DNA of 64,000 bases from Patescibacteria group bacterium (GCA_040384445.1 JAZKJG010000002.1:90087-154086); one strand, 5' to 3'. Counted from the stretch's first letter, positions 1 to 10,321 are shown. Notes: generated from the sequence alone by a model not told the origin. Made by a program: numbers and translations.

Positions 1-1
1 G

Positions 2-1213
2 GATGATTTACCAGTTGTTCGAATCGTAGAAACTCTTTTGAAACACGCTGCTATTCAAGGGGCATCTGATATTCATATTGAACATACAGAAAAAGAAACT
101 CTGGTACGTTATCGAATTGACGGAATGCTTCATGATGCCATGGTGCTTCCTAAAGATGCAGGACCAAGTGTGACTGCTCGTATTAAGGTATTGTCTAGTT
201 TGAAGCTTGATGAAAAAAGACTTCCACAAGATGGGCGATTTAAAGTAGAGTTGAACGGAGAAAAGGTTTCTTTCCGTGTATCTATTCTTCCAACATATTA
301 TGGAGAGAAAGTTGTAATGCGACTTTTGCGAGAGTCTGCATCCGGATTTACATTGGAAGGACTTGGATTTCATGGGCAAGCACTTGAGGATATTCATAAT
401 GCAATGAATTATTCAGAAGGAATGATTTTAACAACAGGTCCTACTGGATCAGGAAAAACTACAACACTGTATACAACGCTCGATATTTTAAATACACCAG
501 ACGTAAACATTTCTACAGTTGAAGATCCTGTTGAATACCAAATGAAAAGAATTAATCAAACTCAGATTCGATCTGATATTGGATTTACATTTGCTTCAGG
601 ACTACGATCACTTCTTCGACAAGATCCGGATATTATCATGGTAGGAGAGATTCGAGATAATGAAACTGCTGCGCTTGCGATCAATGCAGCGCTTACAGGT
701 CACTTAGTGCTTTCAACACTCCACACCAACTCTGCAGCCGGAGCAATTCCTCGACTTATGGATATGAAGTGTGAACCGTTTCTGCTTGTTTCAACTTTGA
801 AAATTGTTGTTGCTCAAAGATTGATTCGAAAGTTGTCTGATACAAAAGAAAAGTATTTTTTAAATGAAGCAGAAATTGCACAGCTTGCAAAGAAGATAGA
901 TCTTGATCGAGTGCTAGGGTTTTTGGTGAATGAGAAAATTGTTGAAGAAAAAACAAAGTGGGAAAAAATTCCGTTTTATAAACCAAAGCCAGTCGATGAT
1001 AAAGATGACGGATATAAAGGGCGAGTGGGAATTCATGAAGCAATGAAGATGTCACCTACAATTAAAGAACTTGTGATTAAGGGAGCAAGTTCTGATGCGA
1101 TTGAAGCTCAGGCTAAAACTGAAGGAATGATGACAATGTTGGAGGACGGGATTTTCCTTGCGGTCCAGGGACTGACGAGTATTGAGGAGGTGCTCCGAGT
1201 GGTGAATGAGTAA
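2..1213 (+). CDS. pilB: Type IV pilus assembly / GspE-PulE family ATPase PilB (5'-truncated by window edge)
   Basis: Frame open from position 2; ASDIHIE, RLPQDG, Walker A GPTGSGKTTT, EDPVEY, LRQDPD, TGHLVLSTLHTN. Confidence 0.93.
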   Translation, partial: DDLPVVRIVETLLKHAAIQGASDIHIEHTEKETLVRYRIDGMLHDAMVLPKDAGPSVTARIKVLSSLKLDEKRLPQDGRFKVELNGEKVSFRVSILPTYYGEKVVMRLLRESASGFTLEGLGFHGQALEDIHNAMNYSEGMILTTGPTGSGKTTTLYTTLDILNTPDVNISTVEDPVEYQMKRINQTQIRSDIGFTFASGLRSLLRQDPDIIMVGEIRDNETAALAINAALTGHLVLSTLHTNSAAGAIPRLMDMKCEPFLLVSTLKIVVAQRLIRKLSDTKEKYFLNEAEIAQLAKKIDLDRVLGFLVNEKIVEEKTKWEKIPFYKPKPVDDKDDGYKGRVGIHEAMKMSPTIKELVIKGASSDAIEAQAKTEGMMTMLEDGIFLAVQGLTSIEEVLRVVNE

Positions 1214-1253
1214 AAGGTGTGATATTGTGATTGAGGTTCGTAACTTTTTATTT

Positions 1254-1355
1254 ATGAAAATTATTCGTCAAAGAGAACGTCAGGAAGACTACTGGCGGAA
1301 AGTCGCTTTAATAAAACTCCGGTGGGAATTATCTCGGAAACCACATCAGCAATGA
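1254..1355 (+). CDS. Putative 33-aa basic small protein (MKIIRQRERQEDYWRKVALIKLRWELSRKPHQQ)
   Basis: Read by hand; ATG after an AT-rich leader, with a terminator hairpin overlapping the stop. Confidence 0.35.
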   Translation: MKIIRQRERQEDYWRKVALIKLRWELSRKPHQQ

Positions 1356-1367
1356 TGTGGTTTTTTC
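1338..1367 (+). terminator. Intrinsic terminator
   Basis: AAACCACATCA-GCAA-TGATGTGGTTT followed by T run. Confidence 0.75.
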
Positions 1368-1377
1368 TTGTGTTTAC

Positions 1378-1490
1378 AAAAAAGAAAATGGCAGAACGAC
1401 ACTAAATATATGCGAAGCAGCCGGAAAGATGCTCGATACTAAAGTAAGTCATTCTGCCATAATGCTAGGAGTGATTTGCCCCGTTCGTTG
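1378..1490 (-). ncRNA. Candidate small RNA (long imperfect hairpin plus U-tract)
   Basis: Minus-strand TTGACA-N16-TACACT at 1523-1496; ATGGCAGAATGAC...GTCGTTCTGCCAT stem followed by TTTCTTTTTT. Confidence 0.35.
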
Positions 1491-1551
1491 GAGTTAGTGT
1501 ATTCAGAAAAAGGTTAATGTCAATTAAATACTTTTATGCTATAAATCCCAT

Positions 1552-2511
1552 ATGAAAATCGCACAGGACAAACCTCTCGATCCGTCATATACGGTTATTC
1601 TTTTCTACAAATACGCTCCAATCACAAACTTGGAAGAATGTATGGCTTGGCAAAGAGAACTTGGAAATACGTTCAGGCTTACTGGGCGTGTTCGTCTTGC
1701 CTCAGAGGGTATTAATGCAACTCTTGAAGGAAAGAACGAAAATATTGCTCTATATATAGAGGAGCTCCGGAAGTTTCCTGGATTTGAAAATATCGAAATC
1801 AAGACAAGTGTTGGAACGGGTTTTGCCTTTATGAAATTGTCAGTAAAAATTGTTCCAGAGATTGTAAAACTTGGACTGGGAAAAGAATATGATATTGACC
1901 CCAATCAAATCACAGGTACACATCTAAAACCTGAAGAACTAAAACATTGGTATGACAACAATGAAGATTTCGTTGTAGTTGATATGAGAAATGATTATGA
2001 GTTTAGAGTAGGACATTTCAAAAATTCAATAAATCCACCAATCACAAACTTTCGGGAAATTGCAGATGTGCTTCCAGATATCATAAAAGAAAATCCTGGA
2101 ATACAAAATAAAAAAGTTATTACAGTATGTACTGGAGGAGTTCGATGTGAAAAAGCTTCAGGGTACCTTAAAACAAAAGGATTTACAGACGTATATCAAC
2201 TTGATGGTGGAATGCATATGTATATGGAAAAATTTCCAGGACAGGATTTTAAAGGTGGGTTGTTTACGTTTGATAACAGAGTGGTGATGGATTTTACAAA
2301 AGATAGAGAGGTGATTGGGAAATGTGATTTATGTTCTAAGGCGACTGAGAGATTTGATAACTGTATAAATGATGAATGTCATATTCATATGGTGGTTTGT
2401 CAGGAGTGTCGAGACGAGAGAGAGTTTGTATGGTGTTCTGATGAATGTAGAGAGACAGGAAGATTGGGGAAGGTTCGGTTTCGAGATATGGATTTAAAAG
2501 TTGTGAACTAA
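1552..2511 (+). CDS. trhO: Rhodanese-domain tRNA uridine-34 hydroxylase, TrhO/YceA family
   Basis: LFYKY, EGINATL, DMRNDYE, CTGGVRCEKAS, Cys-rich C-terminus. Confidence 0.88.
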   Translation: MKIAQDKPLDPSYTVILFYKYAPITNLEECMAWQRELGNTFRLTGRVRLASEGINATLEGKNENIALYIEELRKFPGFENIEIKTSVGTGFAFMKLSVKIVPEIVKLGLGKEYDIDPNQITGTHLKPEELKHWYDNNEDFVVVDMRNDYEFRVGHFKNSINPPITNFREIADVLPDIIKENPGIQNKKVITVCTGGVRCEKASGYLKTKGFTDVYQLDGGMHMYMEKFPGQDFKGGLFTFDNRVVMDFTKDREVIGKCDLCSKATERFDNCINDECHIHMVVCQECRDEREFVWCSDECRETGRLGKVRFRDMDLKVVN

Positions 2512-2582
2512 ATGTTCGCATGGTAAAAGGAATGTAGAAATTCACAGCTCTTTGTGGATATGGGTTTTAACTTAATACCATT

Positions 2583-3032
2583 ATGAAAGAATTCATCTTG
2601 CGATACTTGTGGTTAATGGTTGCCGTACTAAGTGTTTTGGTTACTATTTGGCTTGACCCAACTATGATCCGGTATCACAGAAACACAATAAAACTTTTAC
2701 GTACTCGCGCGCCTAATTTCCTAAGAAAAGTTTGGGGTCTTAAAGAGATTTTGGACTATACAGGAGAAATCACAGAAGGAAGGGTTCAAGAAATGAAACT
2801 GAAGATCAAGCAGCACGTAGAAGAACTTGCTGTAGTTCAAGGAAAGGTGGAGGGGAGGGTTTGTGGGGAAGCTATTACTGCAAAACTGCTTTACCCAAAC
2901 AGATTGTCTATTCAGGTTCGGAACCCAAAAACAAAAAAAGCCGTTGAGGATGCATATCGAGCGATGATGAAGAGGCAGGCTCGAGCTAGAGTAAAACTCT
3001 ATCCGCTTGTACTTGATATCCAGGTTGTGTAA
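2583..3032 (+). CDS. Hypothetical protein with N-terminal TM helix
   Basis: 149-aa ORF with its own terminator. Confidence 0.6.
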   Translation: MKEFILRYLWLMVAVLSVLVTIWLDPTMIRYHRNTIKLLRTRAPNFLRKVWGLKEILDYTGEITEGRVQEMKLKIKQHVEELAVVQGKVEGRVCGEAITAKLLYPNRLSIQVRNPKTKKAVEDAYRAMMKRQARARVKLYPLVLDIQVV

Positions 3033-3039
3033 TCATTTC

Positions 3040-3076
3040 AAAAACCCACCCCTCAGCCGAGGCGGTGGGTTTTTTC
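3040..3076 (+). terminator. Intrinsic terminator
   Basis: AAAAACCCACC-CCTC...GAGG-CGGTGGGTTTTTT. Confidence 0.75.
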
Positions 3077-3277
3077 ATTCCTAAACCAATTAGCACAATC
3101 CCTCAATCCATGCTATAATACATCCACAAGGGTAATCCCACAGATTTTGAGATTATGTTGTATCACAAAGCGCGTATGACTCTGTACGCTTTAAATACAT
3201 CATATATAGATCCCAAAGTAGTGTTCGAGTCGGGCGACAAGCTCTATATAAAATAAAACAAAGAAAAAATAAGTAAC

Positions 3278-3667
3278 ATGGAAGCAGTAAACAACAAAAA
3301 ATTATACGTAGGAAACCTATCATGGGGAGTAAACGATGAGTCACTTCGAGCAGCATTCTCAGAATGCGGAGAAGTAACATCAGCACAAGTTTCAATCGAC
3401 AGAATGACTGGTCGATCACGAGGGTTTGCTTTCGTAGAATTTGCAAATGAAGCCGATGCAGCAGCAGCTGTACAGCGATGGAATGAGCAAGAGCTTGACG
3501 GACGAGCACTACGAGTTAACATCGCAATGCCTAGAGAAGAAGGTGCACCAAGACGATCATTCGGTGGAAACGCTGGAGGATCACGAGGTGGATTCGGAGC
3601 TCCTAGACGAGATGATAACCGAGGAGGATACGGACGAGACAATGGAGGAAGTAACCGATCTTGGTAA
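3278..3667 (+). CDS. RRM-domain RNA-binding protein with Gly/Arg-rich tail
   Basis: RNP2 LYVGNL, RNP1 RGFAFVEF. Confidence 0.93.
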   Translation: MEAVNNKKLYVGNLSWGVNDESLRAAFSECGEVTSAQVSIDRMTGRSRGFAFVEFANEADAAAAVQRWNEQELDGRALRVNIAMPREEGAPRRSFGGNAGGSRGGFGAPRRDDNRGGYGRDNGGSNRSW

Positions 3668-3748
3668 TCTACTCCTAAAGTTTTAGTAAAATAAAATTTT
3701 CAAAAAAATCACAACGCATAGTTGTGGTTTTTTTGTTATGATATATGT

Positions 3749-4966
3749 ATGCGTTTTTCGTACACTGCAAAAAAACCTGATGGTTCTACATACAAAGATA
3801 CATTTGAAGCAGTAAACAAATCAGAATTGTTTACTGCAATTCATGCGAAGGGGGATATTCTCATTGATCACAAAGAAGCTCCGAAAAGTACGGTGAATGA
3901 ACGCGTTGATAAATTTATGTCAGTGTTCAATCAAATTAAAATGATTGATAAGATTACGTTTGCTCGAAGTCTTGGAAATATGTTGGAAGCAGGACTTTCA
4001 CTGACTCGTGCAATCGCGGTGATGGAAAAACAGACAAAAAAAGTAAAGCTCAAATCTGTATTTGAAACCTTAAACACTGATATTTCATCAGGAAAAACAT
4101 TTCATGAAGCACTTGAGCGTTTCAATACAGTCTTTCCGGCGATCTTTATCTCTATGGTTAGAGCGGGTGAAGAGAGTGGAAACTTGGCAGAAGCTCTAAA
4201 GACGATTGCAATGCAAATGGAAAAAACATATCAGTTGCAGAAGAAAATTAAGGGAGCAATGGTGTATCCTGCGGTTATTTTGAGCGTGATGATTTTGATC
4301 GCAATCATTTTGATGACAACAGTTGTTCCAAAACTAACTCAAACATTTAAAGATGTAGGAACAGAACTACCAACGTCAACCAAGCTTATTATTTGGGTGA
4401 GTGACACAATGAAAAATAATTTCCTCTTATTTGCTCTAGGAATTGGATTGTGTATTTTTGGAATGATTGCATTTCTAAAAACTAAGATAGGAAAGAGGCT
4501 TATAGATCAAGTTTCAACTCGTATTCCAGTAATTGGTTTAATTGTAATGGAATCTAATTCAGCAAAAACAACACGAACTCTTTCGTCGCTTGTTGGATCT
4601 GGAGTAGACCTTTTGCAATCTGTTCATATTACGCAAGAGGTCTTGCAGAACGGTAGATATAAAGCAGTACTACAGGAAACAGAAGAAGCGGTGGAAAAAG
4701 GAAAACCACTTGCACTTGTATTTGCTGCACATGAAGATATTTATCCTCCATTTGTTGGAGAGATGATCAGTGTAGGAGAAGAAACAGGAAAACTCTCAAG
4801 CATGCTTCTTGGAGTTGCTGCGTTTTATGAAAATGAAGTAGAGCAGAAAACAAAAGATCTTTCAACAATTATTGAACCTGTACTTATGGTTGTAATTGGT
4901 GCGGCCGTTGCATTTTTTGCAGTAGCTATGATCACACCTATGTACAGTGTGATGAATAACATATAA
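3749..4966 (+). CDS. pilC: Type IV pilus platform protein PilC (GspF family)
   Basis: AGEESGNL, VGEETGKL, IEPVLM repeats; start moved to ATG 3749. Confidence 0.92.
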   Translation: MRFSYTAKKPDGSTYKDTFEAVNKSELFTAIHAKGDILIDHKEAPKSTVNERVDKFMSVFNQIKMIDKITFARSLGNMLEAGLSLTRAIAVMEKQTKKVKLKSVFETLNTDISSGKTFHEALERFNTVFPAIFISMVRAGEESGNLAEALKTIAMQMEKTYQLQKKIKGAMVYPAVILSVMILIAIILMTTVVPKLTQTFKDVGTELPTSTKLIIWVSDTMKNNFLLFALGIGLCIFGMIAFLKTKIGKRLIDQVSTRIPVIGLIVMESNSAKTTRTLSSLVGSGVDLLQSVHITQEVLQNGRYKAVLQETEEAVEKGKPLALVFAAHEDIYPPFVGEMISVGEETGKLSSMLLGVAAFYENEVEQKTKDLSTIIEPVLMVVIGAAVAFFAVAMITPMYSVMNNI

Positions 4967-4974
4967 TAATACGT

Positions 4975-5421
4975 ATGAGTACATCTAAAAAAGGATTTAC
5001 ATTATTGGAATTAGTAATTTGTATTGCATTGCTTGTTCTTGTGAGTGGTCTGGTGTACGGCTCATTTGCATCTTTAAATAATAGACAGATTCTAGATACG
5101 GAAATTGGACAAGTAAAATCATATATCCAAAAAGCACGCATGGATTCTTTGAACTCAAAAAACGGAGATTCTCATGGGGTAATTTTTGCTACATCAACAC
5201 TGACTGTGATTGAGGTGCTGGCAACATCGACCTCATACGTTTTTACACTAAACAACAGAGTTCGTTTAGTTAGCTCAACTCTTGGAACTTCAACACTTAC
5301 ATTTGCACGAATATCAGGATTACCAAATGCAACAGGTACACTTACATATACATATTCTGCAGGAAACACTGTTGTGGGAACATCTACAATTACCATTAAT
5401 GGTGCAGGGATAGTACAATAA
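4975..5421 (+). CDS. Type IV pilin-like protein
   Basis: Class III signal KKG|FTLLE plus hydrophobic helix. Confidence 0.88.
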   Translation: MSTSKKGFTLLELVICIALLVLVSGLVYGSFASLNNRQILDTEIGQVKSYIQKARMDSLNSKNGDSHGVIFATSTLTVIEVLATSTSYVFTLNNRVRLVSSTLGTSTLTFARISGLPNATGTLTYTYSAGNTVVGTSTITINGAGIVQ

Positions 5422-5425
5422 ACAT

Positions 5426-5902
5426 ATGAATAGAAAACGAGGAGTATCAGTGGTTGAAATTTTAATAGCAGCAACAATCATCTCTCTTTCTGTTATTTCT
5501 ATTGCAGTTGCGTATGGAAACTTTGTTTCTCTCTCAACACAAAATACTGCAAAAGTTCAAGCAGCATTTTTACTTGATGAAGGTGTGGAAGCCATAAAAA
5601 CAATGAGAGGGGAAAGTTGGTCAAATCTTGCGAGCACTACCGCGAGTACAACATATTATTTTATCTGGAACACAGACAGATGGCGAGCAACCACAACTCC
5701 TGTAGTTGTAGATACTAAATTCCATCGAACGTTCGTTGTTTCTCCTGTGTACAGAGATGTTGCTACATTTAACATCTTACCTGATACATCAGGAACACTT
5801 GATGCTGGAACAAAATTAGTTGACATAACAGTTGCCTGGGACGAAAAAGGGTCTACTACGACGCGTTCAACATCAATGTATATATTTAATCTATTTGAAT
5901 AA
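5426..5902 (+). CDS. Minor pilin (PilV-like)
   Basis: KRG|VSVVE prepilin motif. Confidence 0.82.
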   Translation: MNRKRGVSVVEILIAATIISLSVISIAVAYGNFVSLSTQNTAKVQAAFLLDEGVEAIKTMRGESWSNLASTTASTTYYFIWNTDRWRATTTPVVVDTKFHRTFVVSPVYRDVATFNILPDTSGTLDAGTKLVDITVAWDEKGSTTTRSTSMYIFNLFE

Positions 5903-5903
5903 T

Positions 5904-6422
5904 ATGCCACGCACTCAACATACATTTAAAAAAGGACTGACAATTCTAGAAATAGTTATATATTTGAGCATGCTCTCTGTGCTCTGTGTTGTGGTTATCT
6001 CAAGCCTCATGTCGTTGTTTAAATCCTATAGTGTGATTAAGTTGCATCAAAACATAGAGACATCTGCAATTCAGGTACTAGATAAAATGACTCGTGATAT
6101 TCGAGATTCTGGAGAAGTAGTACTAGGACAAAGTTCATTCGGTGTACCTCAGGGTTCGGTTGCTGTAAATGTTGTGACAAACTCTGTAACAGATACATAT
6201 AGATACTATAGTGAAAACAATATTATTAAACTTTCTAAAAACGATGTGTACTTGGGGAACCTGACTCAAAATGGGGTGTATGTAAATAGTTTTCTTGCAT
6301 ATTATATAAATGGAACATCAACACAAGCTATTAAAATAGAACTGAATTTGCAAGCAACACCTCGATACGGCACATCAACGATCAATAAATATTTCTATAC
6401 TACAGTGCAACTGCGTAACTAA
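5904..6422 (+). CDS. Minor pilin (PilW-like)
   Basis: KKG|LTILE prepilin motif; start moved to ATG 5904. Confidence 0.82.
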   Translation: MPRTQHTFKKGLTILEIVIYLSMLSVLCVVVISSLMSLFKSYSVIKLHQNIETSAIQVLDKMTRDIRDSGEVVLGQSSFGVPQGSVAVNVVTNSVTDTYRYYSENNIIKLSKNDVYLGNLTQNGVYVNSFLAYYINGTSTQAIKIELNLQATPRYGTSTINKYFYTTVQLRN

Positions 6423-6440
6423 TGTCATATAATTAAGAGT

Positions 6441-8213
6441 ATGAAAAACTCTTCTCAAAACAAAGGAGCAGCTGTAATGATTGTTGTTCTGTTCTTTGTT
6501 ATTTTATCTACAACACTCCTAGTTGGAGTGAGTACACCTATCGTTCAACAAATAGAAAACTCAACAGATTTTCTTGCTTCAAAAAAGGGATACAATGTTG
6601 CTGATATACAGGCAGAAAATGCTCTATATAGATTTAACAAAGGAAAAAACGATGCTCCTGCAGATCTTTCTATTCTCGGATCGGAAGCAATAGGGATACT
6701 TACTGATGTAAATGGAGAAAAACAAATTTCAGTTCAGGGAGTATTGGGTGAATTTCAAAGATTCGTAACTGCTCGATTTAGACAAGATACAGGTGTGGCA
6801 TTTAACTATGGTTTGCAAGTGGGAACAGGAGGTCTTCAAATGTCAGGTTCATCATATATCGTCGGGAACGTATACAGTAACGGAGACATTATTGGAAATG
6901 GAGGATCAGGTTGGTATACAACGTACGTTACAGGAAGTGCTGTTGCAGCGACTATATCAAATCCTGTTGCTCATGTTCAAAATGTTGGTTCTGTACCGCC
7001 TTCTGACTCATTTACCTTTGGATTATCAAATTCGAATCAAGATTTTGCACAATCTTTTGTTATGAGTACAACAACACCTATTACAGAAATTGAGTTATTC
7101 CTTAAAAAAACAGGATCACCAGCAAATGCAACAGTAAAAATTGTAAACAACTCAGGTGGGGTACCTGGAAGCACTGTGCTAACGTCAGGAACACTCAGTT
7201 CGGGGCTGGTTACAACTTTATACTCTCAAGTTCCAGCAACAATGACTACAAGTGTTGCACTTGTATCAGGGACTACGTACTGGCTAGTGGTGGATGTTGC
7301 TTCAAATAACTCATCTAACTACTATACAGTTGGTATGAATAATAATGTGTTCTCTGGAAATACAAAAATGGGTCGTCAAGGGAATTCATGGGCAAACTTA
7401 GCAACAACAACACTAGACGCTGACTTTAAAATCCTTGTAGGGGGAGATGCTGGAACGATCACTGATATGGGGGTTGGAACAAGTGGCTCAGGGGATGCAT
7501 GGGCAAATACAGTGAACAATGTAACTGTTACAGGGGCATTATTCTGTCAGTCAGGAACAGGTAATAATAAAGTATGTGACACATCAAAAACAGATCCTGC
7601 CCCAGTACCTCTACCTATTACACAGGGAAATATTGATGAATGGAAAGATGAGGCTTTAGCGGGAGGTTCTACAAGTACGGTGTCTATTAATGGTACAGAC
7701 GTTATAACCATAGGTCCTAAAAAAATTAATGGAGATTTGACAATAAGTGCCTCAGGCAAGTTATATGTTACTGGTACATTGCATGTGACTGGAGATATTA
7801 ATGTAAATGGATCAGGTAAAATATACGTTGATAGTAGTATGGGTGCAGATAGTGTTGTGATTGTAACTGATGGAAAGATTGACCTAGGTGGATCTGGAGG
7901 TGTGTACGGTTCAGGTGTTGCAGGGAGTTATGTTGTGATGTCTACTTCAAGTGCTTGTCCAGATGCTGTTGGATGTGGAGGGACTCCTGCTATATCTGTA
8001 AATGGAGCTGCAGGATCAGTTATATTAAGTGCACCAAATGGAACAGTTTCTTTTACAGGTTCAGCTGGAGTTAAGTCTGTTGTGGCAAAAAAGATGATTA
8101 TGACTGGAACAACATATATTACATATGACACAGGATTAACTGGACTCGATTTTACTTCAGGACCATCTGGAGCGTGGGCAGTCAGTTCATGGAAAGAAGT
8201 GCTTGGTTTGTAG
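6441..8213 (+). CDS. PilX-like minor pilin with a large Gly/Ser/Thr-rich beta-strand extracellular region
   Basis: NKG|AAVMI lacking E5 (PilX type); last gene of the pilin cluster. Confidence 0.75.
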   Translation: MKNSSQNKGAAVMIVVLFFVILSTTLLVGVSTPIVQQIENSTDFLASKKGYNVADIQAENALYRFNKGKNDAPADLSILGSEAIGILTDVNGEKQISVQGVLGEFQRFVTARFRQDTGVAFNYGLQVGTGGLQMSGSSYIVGNVYSNGDIIGNGGSGWYTTYVTGSAVAATISNPVAHVQNVGSVPPSDSFTFGLSNSNQDFAQSFVMSTTTPITEIELFLKKTGSPANATVKIVNNSGGVPGSTVLTSGTLSSGLVTTLYSQVPATMTTSVALVSGTTYWLVVDVASNNSSNYYTVGMNNNVFSGNTKMGRQGNSWANLATTTLDADFKILVGGDAGTITDMGVGTSGSGDAWANTVNNVTVTGALFCQSGTGNNKVCDTSKTDPAPVPLPITQGNIDEWKDEALAGGSTSTVSINGTDVITIGPKKINGDLTISASGKLYVTGTLHVTGDINVNGSGKIYVDSSMGADSVVIVTDGKIDLGGSGGVYGSGVAGSYVVMSTSSACPDAVGCGGTPAISVNGAAGSVILSAPNGTVSFTGSAGVKSVVAKKMIMTGTTYITYDTGLTGLDFTSGPSGAWAVSSWKEVLGL

Positions 8214-8226
8214 TATACTAGTACGC

Positions 8227-9120
8227 ATGTCGAGTAAACCATCAAAACCAATACTTATTGCCAACTGGAAAGCAAGTACACTGTCATACAAAGAGGCACA
8301 AGATAAGATAAAAAATATTTATGCTGAGCTACAAAAAGATGTAACTAAAGTTGAGTTGCATATTGCACCTACAATATCTCAAACAGGAATGTTGTCACAG
8401 TATTTTGGTGGTAAAATCGAATTTGTAAAGAAAACTAAAAAGAAAAAAACTAAAACAAAAAACAAAAAAGAGGTTTTACCAAAGGTGACATTTGCGGCAC
8501 AAGATATATCTATCTTTGAAGGTGGATCAAAAACAGGGGAGGTGCCTGTCACAGCGGTAAAAGATGCCGGAGTAGTAGAAGTAATTATTGGACATTCAGA
8601 ATGTCGAGAACGAGGTGATACATCTGAGATGATTGTGACAAAAGTTAAACTTGCTCTTGCTGCAAAGTTGAATGTGGTGTTATGTATTGGAGAAAAACAA
8701 AGAGATTCTGGTGTGGCATATTTGAAAATAATTGATGAGCAGATTACGTCTGTATTTAATGCTGTAGATAAAAAAGATCACGGGTACATCACACTTGCGT
8801 ACGAACCTGTGTGGGCAATCAATAACAAAGATAATATTTCTCTTGATGCGCACGGATTGCACAGTATGGTTGTATATATTCAAAAAATGCTTCTTGAAAA
8901 ATATGGTGAAGCGACCGCTAAACAAACTAAAATTTTATACGGAGGATCGGTAACTGCTCAAAATGCACAAGACATCTATTGGAATGGAGAGGTACAAGGG
9001 TTACTTATTGGACGAGCAAGTTTCGAGGCAAAAACTCTTGTAGCTATAGCAAAAGAAATACTTATTAATCCTAAAAAAAATATTCTAAAAACCTATGGAA
9101 CAAAAAAAGAGCTTAACTAG
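8227..9120 (+). CDS. tpiA: Triosephosphate isomerase
   Basis: ANWK, GHSE, AYEPVWAI, LYGGSV. Confidence 0.92.
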   Translation: MSSKPSKPILIANWKASTLSYKEAQDKIKNIYAELQKDVTKVELHIAPTISQTGMLSQYFGGKIEFVKKTKKKKTKTKNKKEVLPKVTFAAQDISIFEGGSKTGEVPVTAVKDAGVVEVIIGHSECRERGDTSEMIVTKVKLALAAKLNVVLCIGEKQRDSGVAYLKIIDEQITSVFNAVDKKDHGYITLAYEPVWAINNKDNISLDAHGLHSMVVYIQKMLLEKYGEATAKQTKILYGGSVTAQNAQDIYWNGEVQGLLIGRASFEAKTLVAIAKEILINPKKNILKTYGTKKELN

Positions 9121-10315
9121 TATACATGGATTGGAATTCTTGAAAGGAAAATTAGAAGGCAAAAAGGTTTTTTTAAGGGCGGACTTTAATGTCCCTATTC
9201 AAAATGGAAAGGTAATGGATGCATATCGAATAGATACAACAATGAAAACGTTTGCGTTTCTAAAACGAGAAGGTGCTATTACCGTTGTTGCATCTCACAT
9301 AGAAACTAAAGATGTAGAATCTCCTACTCTACAACCAGTTTTTGAATATATTACAGAAAAATATCCAGAATATGTAGTTACGTTTTGCTCAGATTTTTTG
9401 GATTCAACAAAGGTTACTGAGACTGTAGAAAACGCACAGTCTGGAGATTTTATATTATTTGAAAATATTCGAAACGCAAAAGAAAAAGAAAACGATGTAG
9501 ATTTTGCAGAATATCTAAAAAGTTTTGTTGAGTATTATGTAAATGATGCGTTTGCTGTTTCGCATAGGGCTCATACAACAGTTTCAAAATTACCAAGTCT
9601 ATTTGATGCTGATCATAAAGTTGCAGGATTACAGCTTCATACAGAAATTACATCTCTTGGAAACGCTCTGCATCCAGCAAAACCTTTTGTTGCAATATTA
9701 AGTGGTGCAAAGTTTGGAACAAAATTGCCGCTTATAGAAAAATATATTGAAACAGCAGATCTTGTACTGGTAGGAGGAGCGCTTTATAACAATGTTCTAA
9801 AATCTTTAGGATACGAAGTTGGTGTGTCACTTGTAGACAAAGAGGCAAACACTGTAGACACTCTTGTTACATCTGATTCATTTATAAAAAAAGTATGCAC
9901 TCCTCAGTATGTTGTTGTAAAAAATATAGAGACAGGAGTGATTAGAGAAAGTGAAATTAAAGATGTACAAATAACTGACACGATACAAGATATTGCAGGA
10001 AGAGGGGTGGAGGAATTTGTTGGAAAAATTAAGGAAATACAAGCAAAGACTATTCTATGGAATGGACCTGTTGGGAATTTTGAAGTAGCAGATTTTTCTA
10101 AGGGAACTATTAAATTGGGTCAAGAGTTAGTGGCATACAGTCAGTCTTCATCTGATGTATATATGATTCTGGGTGGAGGAGATACTGTTTCAGCTATACG
10201 AGATGTAGAAGGAATAAAGGATGCATCAAATATCTTTGTTTCAACTGGAGGAGGAGCGATGCTTGAGTTCTTGGAAAAAGATGGAAATATTCCAGGTGTA
10301 GTTAGTTTGTTGTAA
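9095..10315 (+). CDS. pgk: Phosphoglycerate kinase
   Basis: RADFNVP, NDAFAVSHR, WNGPVG, GGGDT, STGGGAMLEFLE. Confidence 0.95.
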   Translation: MEQKKSLTSIHGLEFLKGKLEGKKVFLRADFNVPIQNGKVMDAYRIDTTMKTFAFLKREGAITVVASHIETKDVESPTLQPVFEYITEKYPEYVVTFCSDFLDSTKVTETVENAQSGDFILFENIRNAKEKENDVDFAEYLKSFVEYYVNDAFAVSHRAHTTVSKLPSLFDADHKVAGLQLHTEITSLGNALHPAKPFVAILSGAKFGTKLPLIEKYIETADLVLVGGALYNNVLKSLGYEVGVSLVDKEANTVDTLVTSDSFIKKVCTPQYVVVKNIETGVIRESEIKDVQITDTIQDIAGRGVEEFVGKIKEIQAKTILWNGPVGNFEVADFSKGTIKLGQELVAYSQSSSDVYMILGGGDTVSAIRDVEGIKDASNIFVSTGGGAMLEFLEKDGNIPGVVSLL

Positions 10316-10321
10316 GAAATT

